A DNA stretch of 64,000 bases. It comes from Candidatus Mcinerneyibacteriota bacterium. GTDB taxonomy: Bacteria > Macinerneyibacteriota > Macinerneyibacteria > Macinerneyibacteriales > DSCS01. The notes beneath the pieces were generated by a model. That model saw nothing but the letters and a program-made list of their open reading frames with translations, made no database searches and was not told the origin of the DNA. Positions 9,644-19,154 of this stretch are shown here, one piece after another (the first letter of the stretch is position 1; each line of letters starts with the position of its first letter). A program made the translations under genes and the position numbers. The stretch lies in NCBI GenBank assembly GCA_016937175.1, contig JAFGWL010000001.1:1394-65393 (forward strand). Direction: 5' to 3'.

Positions 9644-10965
9644 TTGAAACCTCCGTTATTTAGAAAACTGATCACTTTATCCACTTCATTACGAAAGACG
9701 ATATCCTCTTTCATGCGTCCTTCGATCTTATTGCAGGCGTTTATGACGGCAGCATGGTCTCTTCCTCCGAACGACTGTCCTATAGCCTGCAGGGTATCAT
9801 TTGTAAAGCGCCGGCTCAGATACATGGCGACGAAACGGGGCAGGACGACTTCCTGGTTTCTCCGTTTCCCTTCAAGCATCTTGACCGTCATGTTGAAGTA
9901 GAGAGCCACCTGTTTTTTGATATTCTCCACGGACATATCTTTGAGGTTGTTGTCGAAAAATTCAGAGAGAAGGGCCGTGATATCATTTTTCCCGAGTTTT
10001 TCCATGTTATTGGATATTTTTTTGTAGAATTTTATCCGGCGCAGACAACCTTCCAGCTTCCTGACGTTGCTGGTCACATTCTCTCCTATGAAGAACATCA
10101 GCTCAGGATCGATCTCCACCCCCATGTCTTCGGCCTTTTTCCTGAGGATAGCCACCCGGGTCTCCAACTCCGGTTTTCTGATATCTGTGACAAGACCCCA
10201 TTCAAAGCGTGTGATGAGCCTTTTTTCGATATTGATATCGGCCGGGGGCCTGTCGCTTGTGATGACGATCTGTCTTTTTAATTTATAGAGGTCATTGAAA
10301 GTATGAAAAAACTCCTCCTGGACGGCTTCACTCTTTTCGATGACATGGATATCATCGATAAGGAGGACATCTACGTTTCGATATTTATCCCGGAAGGACT
10401 CCGTGGTCCTGTTCCTGATGGCTTCGATGAGTTCATTCCGGAACTGGTCGGCGGTAACATAAGAACATTTGACATTTTTATCGTATTGAAAGACCTTATT
10501 CCCTATCGCCTGCATCAGATGTGTCTTTCCCAGGCCGGAATCCCCATAGATAAAAAGGGGGTTATAGATAGATTTGCCGTAACTCTGCGCTACAGCCAGT
10601 GCGGCGGAATAGGCCATCTCATTACTGCGTCCGATGATGAAATTTGAAAATGAAAACTCTTTATCAAAATTCAGGACTTGTCCGGAACCCTTCTCGCCCT
10701 GCAAAGGTTCCACCCGACGGTCTACGATATTGAATTGGACATCGACGCTCCCGCCGACTCCTTCACGCAGGATAAAATCCAGCTCTTCGCCGAAAAGGAC
10801 GCGGATCCTGTGAAGAAAAATCTCATCATATGACTCAAAGGAGACGGTCTGCCCCACATGATTGACATGGACAGACTGAAAGAGGTTTTCAAGATTTGCT
10901 CTGTCCATCTTCTCGGACAGACGATCCATGATGTATTCTCTCAGATTATGATCCAATGAAACCAA
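9640..10965 (-). CDS. dnaA: Chromosomal replication initiator DnaA
   Basis: YNPLFIYGDSGLGKTHL, DVLLIDDI, QEEFFHTFN, SNVRKLEG, domain IV GGRDH. Confidence 0.97.
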   Translation of the reverse strand: MVSLDHNLREYIMDRLSEKMDRANLENLFQSVHVNHVGQTVSFESYDEIFLHRIRVLFGEELDFILREGVGGSVDVQFNIVDRRVEPLQGEKGSGQVLNFDKEFSFSNFIIGRSNEMAYSAALAVAQSYGKSIYNPLFIYGDSGLGKTHLMQAIGNKVFQYDKNVKCSYVTADQFRNELIEAIRNRTTESFRDKYRNVDVLLIDDIHVIEKSEAVQEEFFHTFNDLYKLKRQIVITSDRPPADINIEKRLITRFEWGLVTDIRKPELETRVAILRKKAEDMGVEIDPELMFFIGENVTSNVRKLEGCLRRIKFYKKISNNMEKLGKNDITALLSEFFDNNLKDMSVENIKKQVALYFNMTVKMLEGKRRNQEVVLPRFVAMYLSRRFTNDTLQAIGQSFGGRDHAAVINACNKIEGRMKEDIVFRNEVDKVISFLNNGGFK

Positions 10966-11490
10966 CCGAACCTTTCAAAATTTCCCTCCCGGACGACTCT
11001 CTTCAAATTATGATATACGCCCTGCGGGGTTCTGCAAGTCTTTTTTCAGCATAAAATATCTTGTAGTATATCCACAATTTAGAAACACAATTTTTAATTA
11101 CAAACATTGTTAGTACTCCCCTACCCTTTTCTAAAAACAATCTATCTGCCTATATAACAACCACTTAACTATATAAATCAAAAAAAAGGGCTAGAGTCTT
11201 GACACCAAAAACACAAAAAATTCACATTGATAATTTTATCGGCAAAAGATGTAATGTTTTCTTTTTGTGTCCTTTTCTTTTTGTTTTGTGTCTCCTTTGT
11301 TTTCATCTTTTCCTTTTTCCTTTTTCTCTTCCCCGCCCACAAAAAAAGACACATTCATAATTCCTCTAACTTCCTGATCCTCTCTTTCTTTCCTTCTTTT
11401 TTCACAAACACACAGACACTACTACTACTACTTTTTTAAATAAAAGAGTAGATAAAAGAAGAGTAGTAAACGGAACTCAAAAAATACTAT
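10966..11490. other. Replication origin oriC
   Basis: AT-rich non-coding gap upstream of dnaA; near-boxes ATATCCACA (11068-76) and TTTTTCACA (11398-406); (ACT)5 DnaA-trio run 11418-11432 followed by TTTTTAAATAAAA; GC skew flips around here. Confidence 0.85.
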
Positions 11491-11526
11491 TGACATGGGG
11501 GCTTACCTTTGATACCTTTTCGCAAA

Positions 11527-11611
11527 GGAGGAGTGGCTGAGTGGTTGAAAGCGGCGGTCTTGAAAACCGTTGTGCCGCAAGGCACCGTGGGTTCGAATCC
11601 TACCTCCTCCG
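11527..11611 (+). tRNA. tRNA-Ser (anticodon TGA)
   Basis: GGAGGAG/CTCCTCC-type acceptor, CT-TGA-AA loop, long variable arm, GGTTCGAATCC; no encoded CCA. Confidence 0.95.
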
Positions 11612-11625
11612 CTGAACACATAACC

Positions 11626-11720
11626 GGAGAGATGGCCGAGCAGGCTTAAGGCGCACGATTGCTAATCGTGTGAGGTACTAAAGGGTGCCTCCGTGGGTTC
11701 GAATCCCACTCTCTCCGCCA
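11626..11720 (+). tRNA. tRNA-Ser (anticodon GCT)
   Basis: GGAGAGA acceptor, CACGA-TT-GCT-AA-TCGTG, long variable arm, ends GCCA. Confidence 0.95.
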
Positions 11721-11724
11721 TACT

Positions 11725-11811
<87 letters not shown>

Positions 11812-11857
11812 TTGCTGCGGGGGAGTCTCAGGCTTCCCCTTATCCATTTCTCCAATA

Positions 11858-11885
11858 TTGACATCGAATTAAATTTTGTTATCCT
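11858..11885 (+). promoter_or_regulatory. sigma70-type promoter of the glycan cassette
   Basis: TTGACA-16 nt-TATCCT with extended TG, then AGGAGG RBS. Confidence 0.55.
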
Positions 11886-11901
11886 CCATGAGGAGGTCTC
11901 T

Positions 11902-12924
11902 ATGAAGAATTATTGTATTACAGGAGGAGCCGGTTTTATAGGTTCTCACCTGGCAGGGTTTCTCCTGGCCCGGGGAGACCGCGTGACAGTGGTCGATAAT
12001 TTTTGCGATTTTTATCCTCTTTCTTATAAGATCCACAATGTACTAAGAACCCTGAACAGAGAGACAAGTAAAATTGATACCCTTGAAGACCTTATCGAGG
12101 AAACCAGGAAAACGGAGAGCTATTCCCTTATACTGGCTGACATAAGGGATGAGAAGTCCATAGAGAGTCTCTTTAAGAGGGAAAAAATCGATGCCGTGAT
12201 ACATCTTGCAGCCATGGCCGGAGTCCGTCCTTCCCTCGCCGACCCCAGACTATACGAGGATGTCAATATTGCCGGGACACTGAACATACTGGATGTGTGC
12301 CGGAAAGAAGGCATCGGAAAGATAGTGATCGCCTCCTCTTCTTCTGTTTACGGAAACACGAAAGAGGTCCCTTTCCGCGAGGATATGCCCGTAGACAATC
12401 CGATCTCTCCCTATGCAGCCACCAAAAAAGCGACAGAGCTCTTTGCCTCGGTCTATCATAATATCTATCATATGGATATCGCTCTTCTCCGATATTTCAC
12501 CGTGTACGGGCCCGGACAGCGCCCGGACCTGGCGATACATAAATTTACAAGGGCTCTTTTTGAAGAGAAGGAGATACCTTTTTTCGGAGATGGGACGATG
12601 AAAAGGGATTATACCTATATCGATGATATTATACAGGGAACCGTGCTGGCCCTGGAATGGGTGGAAAGGAACAGTAAAGTCTGTGAAGTCATCAATCTTG
12701 GAGAGAGCAGGACAGTCTCCCTCCAGGAGCTTGTGGAACTTCTTGCGCAGAAGACGGGGAAAGAACCCCGGTTACGCAGAGAGCCCCAGCCTCCGGGAGA
12801 TGTCGACTGTACTTATGCTGATCTTAATAAAGCCCGAAAGCTTCTGGGATATGCTCCCGGGATCTCCATAGAAGAGGGGTTGGACAGGTTTGTACGATGG
12901 TGCCGTGACTTTTATCACTATTAA
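11902..12924 (+). CDS. NAD-dependent nucleotide-sugar epimerase (UDP-glucuronate 4-epimerase-like)
   Basis: TGGAGFIG, HLAAMAGVRPS, SSSSVYG, YAATKK, FTVYGPGQRPDLAIHKF. Confidence 0.9.
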   Translation: MKNYCITGGAGFIGSHLAGFLLARGDRVTVVDNFCDFYPLSYKIHNVLRTLNRETSKIDTLEDLIEETRKTESYSLILADIRDEKSIESLFKREKIDAVIHLAAMAGVRPSLADPRLYEDVNIAGTLNILDVCRKEGIGKIVIASSSSVYGNTKEVPFREDMPVDNPISPYAATKKATELFASVYHNIYHMDIALLRYFTVYGPGQRPDLAIHKFTRALFEEKEIPFFGDGTMKRDYTYIDDIIQGTVLALEWVERNSKVCEVINLGESRTVSLQELVELLAQKTGKEPRLRREPQPPGDVDCTYADLNKARKLLGYAPGISIEEGLDRFVRWCRDFYHY

Positions 12925-12936
12925 AAGGAGAAAAAG

Positions 12937-14259
12937 ATGAAAATTGGAGTCGTTGGAACGGGATATGTGGGGTTGGTGACAGGGGTTTGCCTGGCCGACT
13001 TCGGCCTTCCTGTATTATGTATGGATGTGGATAAGAAAAAAATAGAGACAATAGAAGAAGGGCATTCCCCCATATACGAGCCCGGACTCGATGTAATACT
13101 TGAAAAAAATTTAAAGGAAGAGCGTCTTCATGTCACTACCGACATGAAAAGATGCGTCGAAGAGTGTGATGTCATCTTTATCGCCGTAGGGACACCTCCC
13201 AAAGAAGACGGGTCAGCGGACTTGAAGTATGTCCTGGATGTCGCTGAACAGATAGGCCGTTACATGAACAGCTATAAGGTCATCGTCGATAAGTCGACAG
13301 TCCCGGTAGGGACCGGGAAAAGAGTGGAAGAGAGTATCAGAAATGAGTTGAAGAAGAGAGGCGTTGAATTGGACTTTGATGTGGTATCAAATCCTGAATT
13401 CCTCAGAGAGGGAAAGGCCCTGCACGATTTCACCCATCCCGACAGAGTCGTGATAGGAACCAGGACAGAAAGGGCTGCAGAAGTCATGAAGGAGGTCTAC
13501 CGGGTCCTCTATCTGAATAAGACTCCCTTTGTCTTTACTGACATCGAGACAGCGGAGATGATAAAGTATGCTTCCAATGCTTTTCTTGCCGTTAAGATCA
13601 GTTTTATAAACGAGATGGCTCTCCTGGCTGAAGAGGTCGGAGCCAATGTCCAGGATATTGCATCAGCCATGGGAATGGACGGGCGTATATCACCTAAATT
13701 CCTTCACGCCGGGCCGGGATACGGAGGAAGCTGTTTTCCCAAAGATACCAAGGCATTGGTGGATATTGCCCGCAAGGAGGATATAGAGCTTTATGTCGTC
13801 AACGCGGCCATCGAAGCTAATGAACGCCAGAAGATGAAGATGGTGGAAAAAATTGAAAAGAACATGAAAGATTTTAAAGGGAAAGAGATTGCTGTTTTGG
13901 GACTGACCTTTAAACCGGATACCGATGATATGAGAGAAGCCCCTTCTCTGACGATCATTCCCGAACTCATCAAAAGAGGAGCACGGATCAGGGCTTTCTG
14001 TCCCAAGGGATTTAAAGAAGCCGGCTGGCGGCTCGAAGAATGGAAAGAAAAGATCACCTACTGCCGTGATGAATATGAGGCGGTAGAAAATTCCCACGCC
14101 GTGGTCCTGATCACAGAATGGAATCAATTCAGGGGGATGGATCTGGAACGGATGAAAAAGAGTATGAAGGGTGACTTCTTTTTCGACCTGAGAAACGTCT
14201 ACTCGGGTGATGATAAAATCCGCAATTTGTTTAAATATTTTCCTGTCGGCCTGTCCTGA
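12937..14259 (+). CDS. ugd: UDP-glucose 6-dehydrogenase
   Basis: GTGYVG, SNPEFLREG, KYASNAFLA, GYGGSCFPKD, FKPDTDDMREAP. Confidence 0.92.
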   Translation: MKIGVVGTGYVGLVTGVCLADFGLPVLCMDVDKKKIETIEEGHSPIYEPGLDVILEKNLKEERLHVTTDMKRCVEECDVIFIAVGTPPKEDGSADLKYVLDVAEQIGRYMNSYKVIVDKSTVPVGTGKRVEESIRNELKKRGVELDFDVVSNPEFLREGKALHDFTHPDRVVIGTRTERAAEVMKEVYRVLYLNKTPFVFTDIETAEMIKYASNAFLAVKISFINEMALLAEEVGANVQDIASAMGMDGRISPKFLHAGPGYGGSCFPKDTKALVDIARKEDIELYVVNAAIEANERQKMKMVEKIEKNMKDFKGKEIAVLGLTFKPDTDDMREAPSLTIIPELIKRGARIRAFCPKGFKEAGWRLEEWKEKITYCRDEYEAVENSHAVVLITEWNQFRGMDLERMKKSMKGDFFFDLRNVYSGDDKIRNLFKYFPVGLS

Positions 14260-14267
14260 GGAGAGAC

Positions 14268-15362
14268 ATGAAAGTCGTACATCTGGATGCATTCAGAAAA
14301 TACGGGGGCGGGCAGAAGAGATATGTCAATATATCCTCTTACATCGCAGGTCAGGGGCATGAGATGGTCCTGGTCTCTCCCCCAGACGTCAAAGTTCGGG
14401 ACTATTTTCCGGGTCGCCTCTATACGGCTCCATTCTTAGGAGATGCCGATCTAATGACCCTGGTGAAGATCATCTGGGTGGTTCTCAAAGAGAGGGCGGA
14501 CATACTCCATACCCATTCACATCATGACCATTGGATGGGGTCTTTGGTCAAAGCCCTTCTGGGAAAAAGAATCAAACTGATCCACACAAGGCACGTGGAT
14601 TTTGAGGTCAAAAACACTCCTCTGAGCCGATTTATGTATGTCCGTTCGCCTGATTATACCATTACGAGCTGCAGAAGTATCAAAGAGACGATGATCCGGT
14701 CTTTGGGGAAAAGCAAGGGATTTAAAGAAGAGAAATTCGAGCCTATCCTGACATTCAATTACCCTGAACAGTGGGGGACACCTGGAAAAATTAGAAAGGA
14801 GTTCGGGATTTCGCCGGAGGAGAGATGTGTCGCGACCATAACAAGGATTGTAGACAATAAAGGGCATCGTCACCTCCTGAGAGCTATCCCGGAGATCATT
14901 GAAAAAATAGGGACGGTGAAATTCTTTATTGTAGGAGAGGGTCCTTATCTTCCCGTTATCAGAGGGATGGTAAAGGAAATGAAACTGGAACCCTATGTGG
15001 TCTTTACGGGTTTCAGAAAAGATATATGGGATTTCTACGCTGACATGGACCTTTCTGTATTCCCCACAGAAAATGAAGGTATAGCACCCGGTGTGATGGA
15101 ATCTCTCTTCTATTCAGTTCCTGTCATCGCTTCTGACATCGGAGGGATACCTGAGGTCATCACACACGGCTGGAACGGACTTCTTTTCTCCCCGGGGGAT
15201 TCCCATCAGCTGGCCGACACGGTCATTCACCTCTTTACCCACAGGGAAGAGTATGATAGATTAAAAAGAAACTGTGTGACATGGACGGAAGAACGTAAAA
15301 AAGAGGATCCTCCCGGAAAGAAGATGCTGGAGGCTTACAGAAAGGTGACCGGAAAAGGATGA
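14268..15362 (+). CDS. GT4 (GT-B) glycosyltransferase
   Basis: GGGQK N-terminus, KGH, EGIAPGVMES, ASDIGGIPEVI. Confidence 0.88.
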   Translation: MKVVHLDAFRKYGGGQKRYVNISSYIAGQGHEMVLVSPPDVKVRDYFPGRLYTAPFLGDADLMTLVKIIWVVLKERADILHTHSHHDHWMGSLVKALLGKRIKLIHTRHVDFEVKNTPLSRFMYVRSPDYTITSCRSIKETMIRSLGKSKGFKEEKFEPILTFNYPEQWGTPGKIRKEFGISPEERCVATITRIVDNKGHRHLLRAIPEIIEKIGTVKFFIVGEGPYLPVIRGMVKEMKLEPYVVFTGFRKDIWDFYADMDLSVFPTENEGIAPGVMESLFYSVPVIASDIGGIPEVITHGWNGLLFSPGDSHQLADTVIHLFTHREEYDRLKRNCVTWTEERKKEDPPGKKMLEAYRKVTGKG

Positions 15363-16132
15363 AACTTTCGGCTTTGATCTTATCAAAAAACGAAGAGGAT
15401 AATATCACCGAATGTGTGAAGAGTGTCGCCTTTTGTGATGAGATCCTTGTCATAGACTCCGGGTCAGAGGATAAGACGCGTTCTATGGCTGAACAGGAAG
15501 GGGCGCGGGTCATCGTCAATCCCTGGCCGGGCTTTGCCCTGCAGCGGGATTTCGGGATAAAGCAGTGCGCTAATCCCTGGGTCCTTATGGTCGATGCTGA
15601 CGAAAGAGTCACTCCGGCCTTGCAGGAGGAGATCAGAACGCTATTTTCGGAAGGGACTCCGGCCTGCTACGGGTATGAGATCCCCCGAAGGACTTTCGCC
15701 TTCGGACAGGAGATGAGACATATGTGGCCGGGACGGAGCCTGAGGCTGTTTCATAAGGAAAAGGGAAAGATGACCTTAAAACGCCATGTCCATGAAAAGA
15801 TACTCATAGACGGATCCGTGGGACGCCTGAAAGAGCCCATGCTTCACTACTCCTACAGGACGGTGGGAGAATACATAGATAAGATGAATCATTATACAAC
15901 GCTTTTGGCTTTCCAGAAGAGGGAGGAGGATCCCGGTGTTACGGGAAGGAAAGCCTATCGGAGGGCGGTCGGGCGGTTCTGGCACCGATTTCTGGATAAA
16001 TATATCTCAAGAGGAGCCTTCCGGGACGGACGCTTCGGATTCTATCTGGCCCTTTTGACGGGAATACAGGCCATGACCGTGGAATTCAAACTCATGGAGC
16101 TCCTGGAAGAAAAAAGGCAGGGGAAAAAGTGA
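15359..16132 (+). CDS. GT2 (GT-A) glycosyltransferase
   Basis: NEEDNI, VIDSGSEDKT, DADE DxD motif, VHE, HYSY. Confidence 0.9.
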   Translation: MKLSALILSKNEEDNITECVKSVAFCDEILVIDSGSEDKTRSMAEQEGARVIVNPWPGFALQRDFGIKQCANPWVLMVDADERVTPALQEEIRTLFSEGTPACYGYEIPRRTFAFGQEMRHMWPGRSLRLFHKEKGKMTLKRHVHEKILIDGSVGRLKEPMLHYSYRTVGEYIDKMNHYTTLLAFQKREEDPGVTGRKAYRRAVGRFWHRFLDKYISRGAFRDGRFGFYLALLTGIQAMTVEFKLMELLEEKRQGKK

Positions 16133-17442
16133 TCTCGTATAAAGAAGCTTTGAAAAAAAAGATAGAAGAAAAGACCGCTATAGTCGGCGTTGTGGGCCTG
16201 GGCTATGTGGGCCTTCCCCTGGCTGTAGCCGTTGCCGGAAAGGGATTTCAGACTATTGGATTCGACATACAGAAAAAAAGAACTGAGATGGTCAACAGAG
16301 GCGAAAACTATATCGGAGATGTCGATGAAGAGGAGTTACGAAGAAGGATCAGTAAAAAAAAGCTCCGGGCGACCACCGACTATGCGGAGATAGGCAAGTG
16401 TGATGTGATTTGTATTGCCGTCCCTACTCCTCTGGACAAATACAAGCAGCCAGACGAGCGCTATGTCTTGAGGTCTTCAAAGGATATTGCCAGGGCTGCC
16501 CGAAAGGGAGCGTTGGTCATCCTCGAAAGCACCACTTATCCGGGTACTACAGAAGAGGTCGTAGCTCCCATCTTCCGCAAACAGGGATTCACCGTGGGGG
16601 AGGATCTCTATCTGGCCTTTTCCCCGGAGCGTGTAGACCCCGGAAATCCCGTCTATAAGACAGCCAATACCCCGAAGATCGTAGGGGGGATGAGCGATTC
16701 ATGCAGTGAACTCTCCAGCCTCTTCTATACCTCTGTCCTTGATGCCCCTGTGACAACTGTAAGCAGCCCCAAAGTGGCGGAGATGGAGAAGATCCTGGAA
16801 AACACCTTTAGGAACATCAATATCGGACTGGTCAATGAAATGGCGATCCTCTGTGACAAAATGGGCATCGATATCTGGGAGGTCATCCGGGCGGCATCCA
16901 CAAAACCTTACGGATATATGACATTTTATCCCGGGCCCGGCATCGGAGGCCATTGCATTCCCATCGACCCCTTTTATCTGACATGGAAAGCCAGGGAATA
17001 TGACTATCACACCCGTCTCATCGAGACCAGCAGTGAGATCAATAATTATATGCCTGAATTTGTGGTAGAACGGGTGTTCAAAATGTTGAACAGGCATGGC
17101 AAACCTATGAACGGAGCCCGTATCCTGATCCTGGGGACCGCCTACAAAAAGAATATCGGTGACCTGCGGGAAAGCCCTGCTTTGACCATTATCTCGATTC
17201 TGGAAAAAAACGGGGCCTTAATATCGTATAATGACCCCTTTGTCCCCTCTTTCCGGCACCAGGGAAAGATATACGCTTCCGTTGAGCTGACCGAAGATGA
17301 AATCAAAAAAGCAGACCTTCTCCTTCTTATCACAGACCATGACACCTATGACGCCGATTTTCTGATAAGACAAAAGACCCTTCTCTTCGATACAAGAAAC
17401 TTAACCCGGGGCGTGAAGAGCCCTTATGTGGAGAGATTATGA
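16129..17442 (+). CDS. UDP-N-acetylglucosamine 6-dehydrogenase (WbpA/WbpO-like)
   Basis: GLGYVGLP, ESTTYPGTT, SPERVDPGN, GIGGHCIPIDP, DLRESPA. Confidence 0.9.
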   Translation: MISYKEALKKKIEEKTAIVGVVGLGYVGLPLAVAVAGKGFQTIGFDIQKKRTEMVNRGENYIGDVDEEELRRRISKKKLRATTDYAEIGKCDVICIAVPTPLDKYKQPDERYVLRSSKDIARAARKGALVILESTTYPGTTEEVVAPIFRKQGFTVGEDLYLAFSPERVDPGNPVYKTANTPKIVGGMSDSCSELSSLFYTSVLDAPVTTVSSPKVAEMEKILENTFRNINIGLVNEMAILCDKMGIDIWEVIRAASTKPYGYMTFYPGPGIGGHCIPIDPFYLTWKAREYDYHTRLIETSSEINNYMPEFVVERVFKMLNRHGKPMNGARILILGTAYKKNIGDLRESPALTIISILEKNGALISYNDPFVPSFRHQGKIYASVELTEDEIKKADLLLLITDHDTYDADFLIRQKTLLFDTRNLTRGVKSPYVERL

Positions 17443-18270
17443 TCAACCTTATACTCTATTCCATTGTCCAGGCCTTTCATGCCATGAAAGAACGTCTTTT
17501 CTCAAAAAAGAGTTTTTTACAATGGGTTATCCTCACGACTCTTCTCTTTTTTGTCTTTATCGACACACGGGTACCGCTGAGCAAGTTCTCTCTGGGAGCA
17601 TGGACATACTATTCTCTTTGGGCGTTCCTGATCCTCATCGACCGGTTTTTTGAATATCTGTTTATCAGAAAACTCCATAAAAATCCTGATTGCGCCGGAG
17701 AGAACCCTCTTCCCTTCATCCGGCCGGCTCTTTTCATGACAGCACTTGACCTGATCTATCTCAACTTTATGAGATTTATTGGGATGACGGCTCTTCCTTT
17801 TCTCGGACGGATCGCTTCAGGCAGCAGCTGGAGCACGGTCAACAGCTATCTGATGAAAGGACTCTACTATTTTATCATCATCCTCTTTCTTGCAGTCCGC
17901 TGGAATATTTTTATCCTCCTCTACCGGGAAAGGAGAAAATACTTTACCTCGCTGAAAAAAGCCTTCATAATATTGCGGGAAAATTTCGGGACGTATGTCT
18001 TTTTTGGCATCTTCTTCCTTATTATGTGGATTTTCCTCCAGTGGGGAGATAGGACACTGGGAAACTGGATGGGGGCCTCTCTCCTTCTGAAAGGGGAGAA
18101 CGGGTTGCTTTCTGTCATTGCCCATTTCACTGCGGTCAATGCAATACGGCTGGCCATCCTCCTTCCGCTCCATATTTTTTTATACTATTCCCTGATCTAT
18201 CTCTTTTATAATGTGACGGAGTATCCCCGCCAGGAGGATATGCCCTACGTCATGCGGTTCCTGGTATTAA

Positions 18271-18284
<14 letters not shown>
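17439..18284 (+). CDS. Multi-pass membrane protein of unknown function
   Basis: About six hydrophobic segments; translationally coupled to upstream gene; stop lies inside tRNA-Ser(CGA). Confidence 0.7.
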
Positions 18285-18359
<75 letters not shown>

Positions 18360-18374
18360 TTTGACCGGAGGAGT

Positions 18375-19151
18375 ATGTCAATTGTTTTCTTTGATTCCGG
18401 GATGGGGGGGATTACCGTCCTCCGGGAGGCTCTGACGCTTCTCCCTGGACAAGAATTTCTTTATTACGCAGATACAGGCCATGTCCCTTACGGCAAGAGG
18501 ACAGCCGAAGAGGTCCGTTCTTTGGTGATCAGCGCTGTGGAGACCATTGTTAAGCGGGAGCGGCCCCGAGCGCTTGTGGTAGCCTGTAATACTGCAACGA
18601 GTGTGGCTATTGAAAGCCTCAGGAAAGTCAGCCCTTTTCCCGTTATCGGAATGGAACCGGCGGTAAAACCAGCGCTGGAGCACGAAAAAGTCAGCGGAAG
18701 GCGCGTCCTTGTCCTGGCTACTCCCCTGACACTTTCCCAGGAGAAATATTCAGATCTTGTCTCACGCCTGGACAGCGAAGGGCAGGTGGATTCACTTCCG
18801 CTTCCCGGCCTGGTGGACCTGGTGGAACAAGAAGATTTCCGGGGAGAAAAGGCCAGAGCCTATCTGCAAGAGGCTTTTTCTTCTTTGAAGAGAGAAGACT
18901 ACGGCACTATCGTCCTCGGCTGTACCCATTTCCCCTTTTTTAAAAATGAGATCGCTTCTTTTTTTTCTCCCTATGCTGACGTCATCGACGGAAACAAAGG
19001 GACCGTCCTTCATCTGATCCGGTGTCTGGGATCTTCCCCCCGGGCGGAAAGAGAAGCTCACGGCCCGGTTGTCTTCATGTCAAGCGGAGATGTTGAAAAA
19101 GACAAGGGCAAGTTCTTTCGTTTAATGGAGCGCTATCAGGGGAGTCGGTGA
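18375..19151 (+). CDS. murI: Glutamate racemase
   Basis: FDSGMGG, VPYG, VACNTAT, VLGCTHFP. Confidence 0.95.
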   Translation: MSIVFFDSGMGGITVLREALTLLPGQEFLYYADTGHVPYGKRTAEEVRSLVISAVETIVKRERPRALVVACNTATSVAIESLRKVSPFPVIGMEPAVKPALEHEKVSGRRVLVLATPLTLSQEKYSDLVSRLDSEGQVDSLPLPGLVDLVEQEDFRGEKARAYLQEAFSSLKREDYGTIVLGCTHFPFFKNEIASFFSPYADVIDGNKGTVLHLIRCLGSSPRAEREAHGPVVFMSSGDVEKDKGKFFRLMERYQGSR

Positions 19152-19154
19152 AAG

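Noticed and set aside
9677-9685. TTATCCACT near-DnaA box at the dnaA 3' end
   Set aside because: Lies in coding sequence (EVDK); dnaA and dnaN overlap, so there is no intergenic origin part here
11227-11439. 70-aa Phe-rich ORF in the origin
   Set aside because: Artefact of the T/C-rich low-complexity tract in oriC; no RBS
11527-11611. Possible selenocysteine/suppressor tRNA (TGA in loop, long arm)
   Set aside because: Anticodon 5'-UGA-3' reads UCA (Ser); tRNA-Sec would have anticodon UCA
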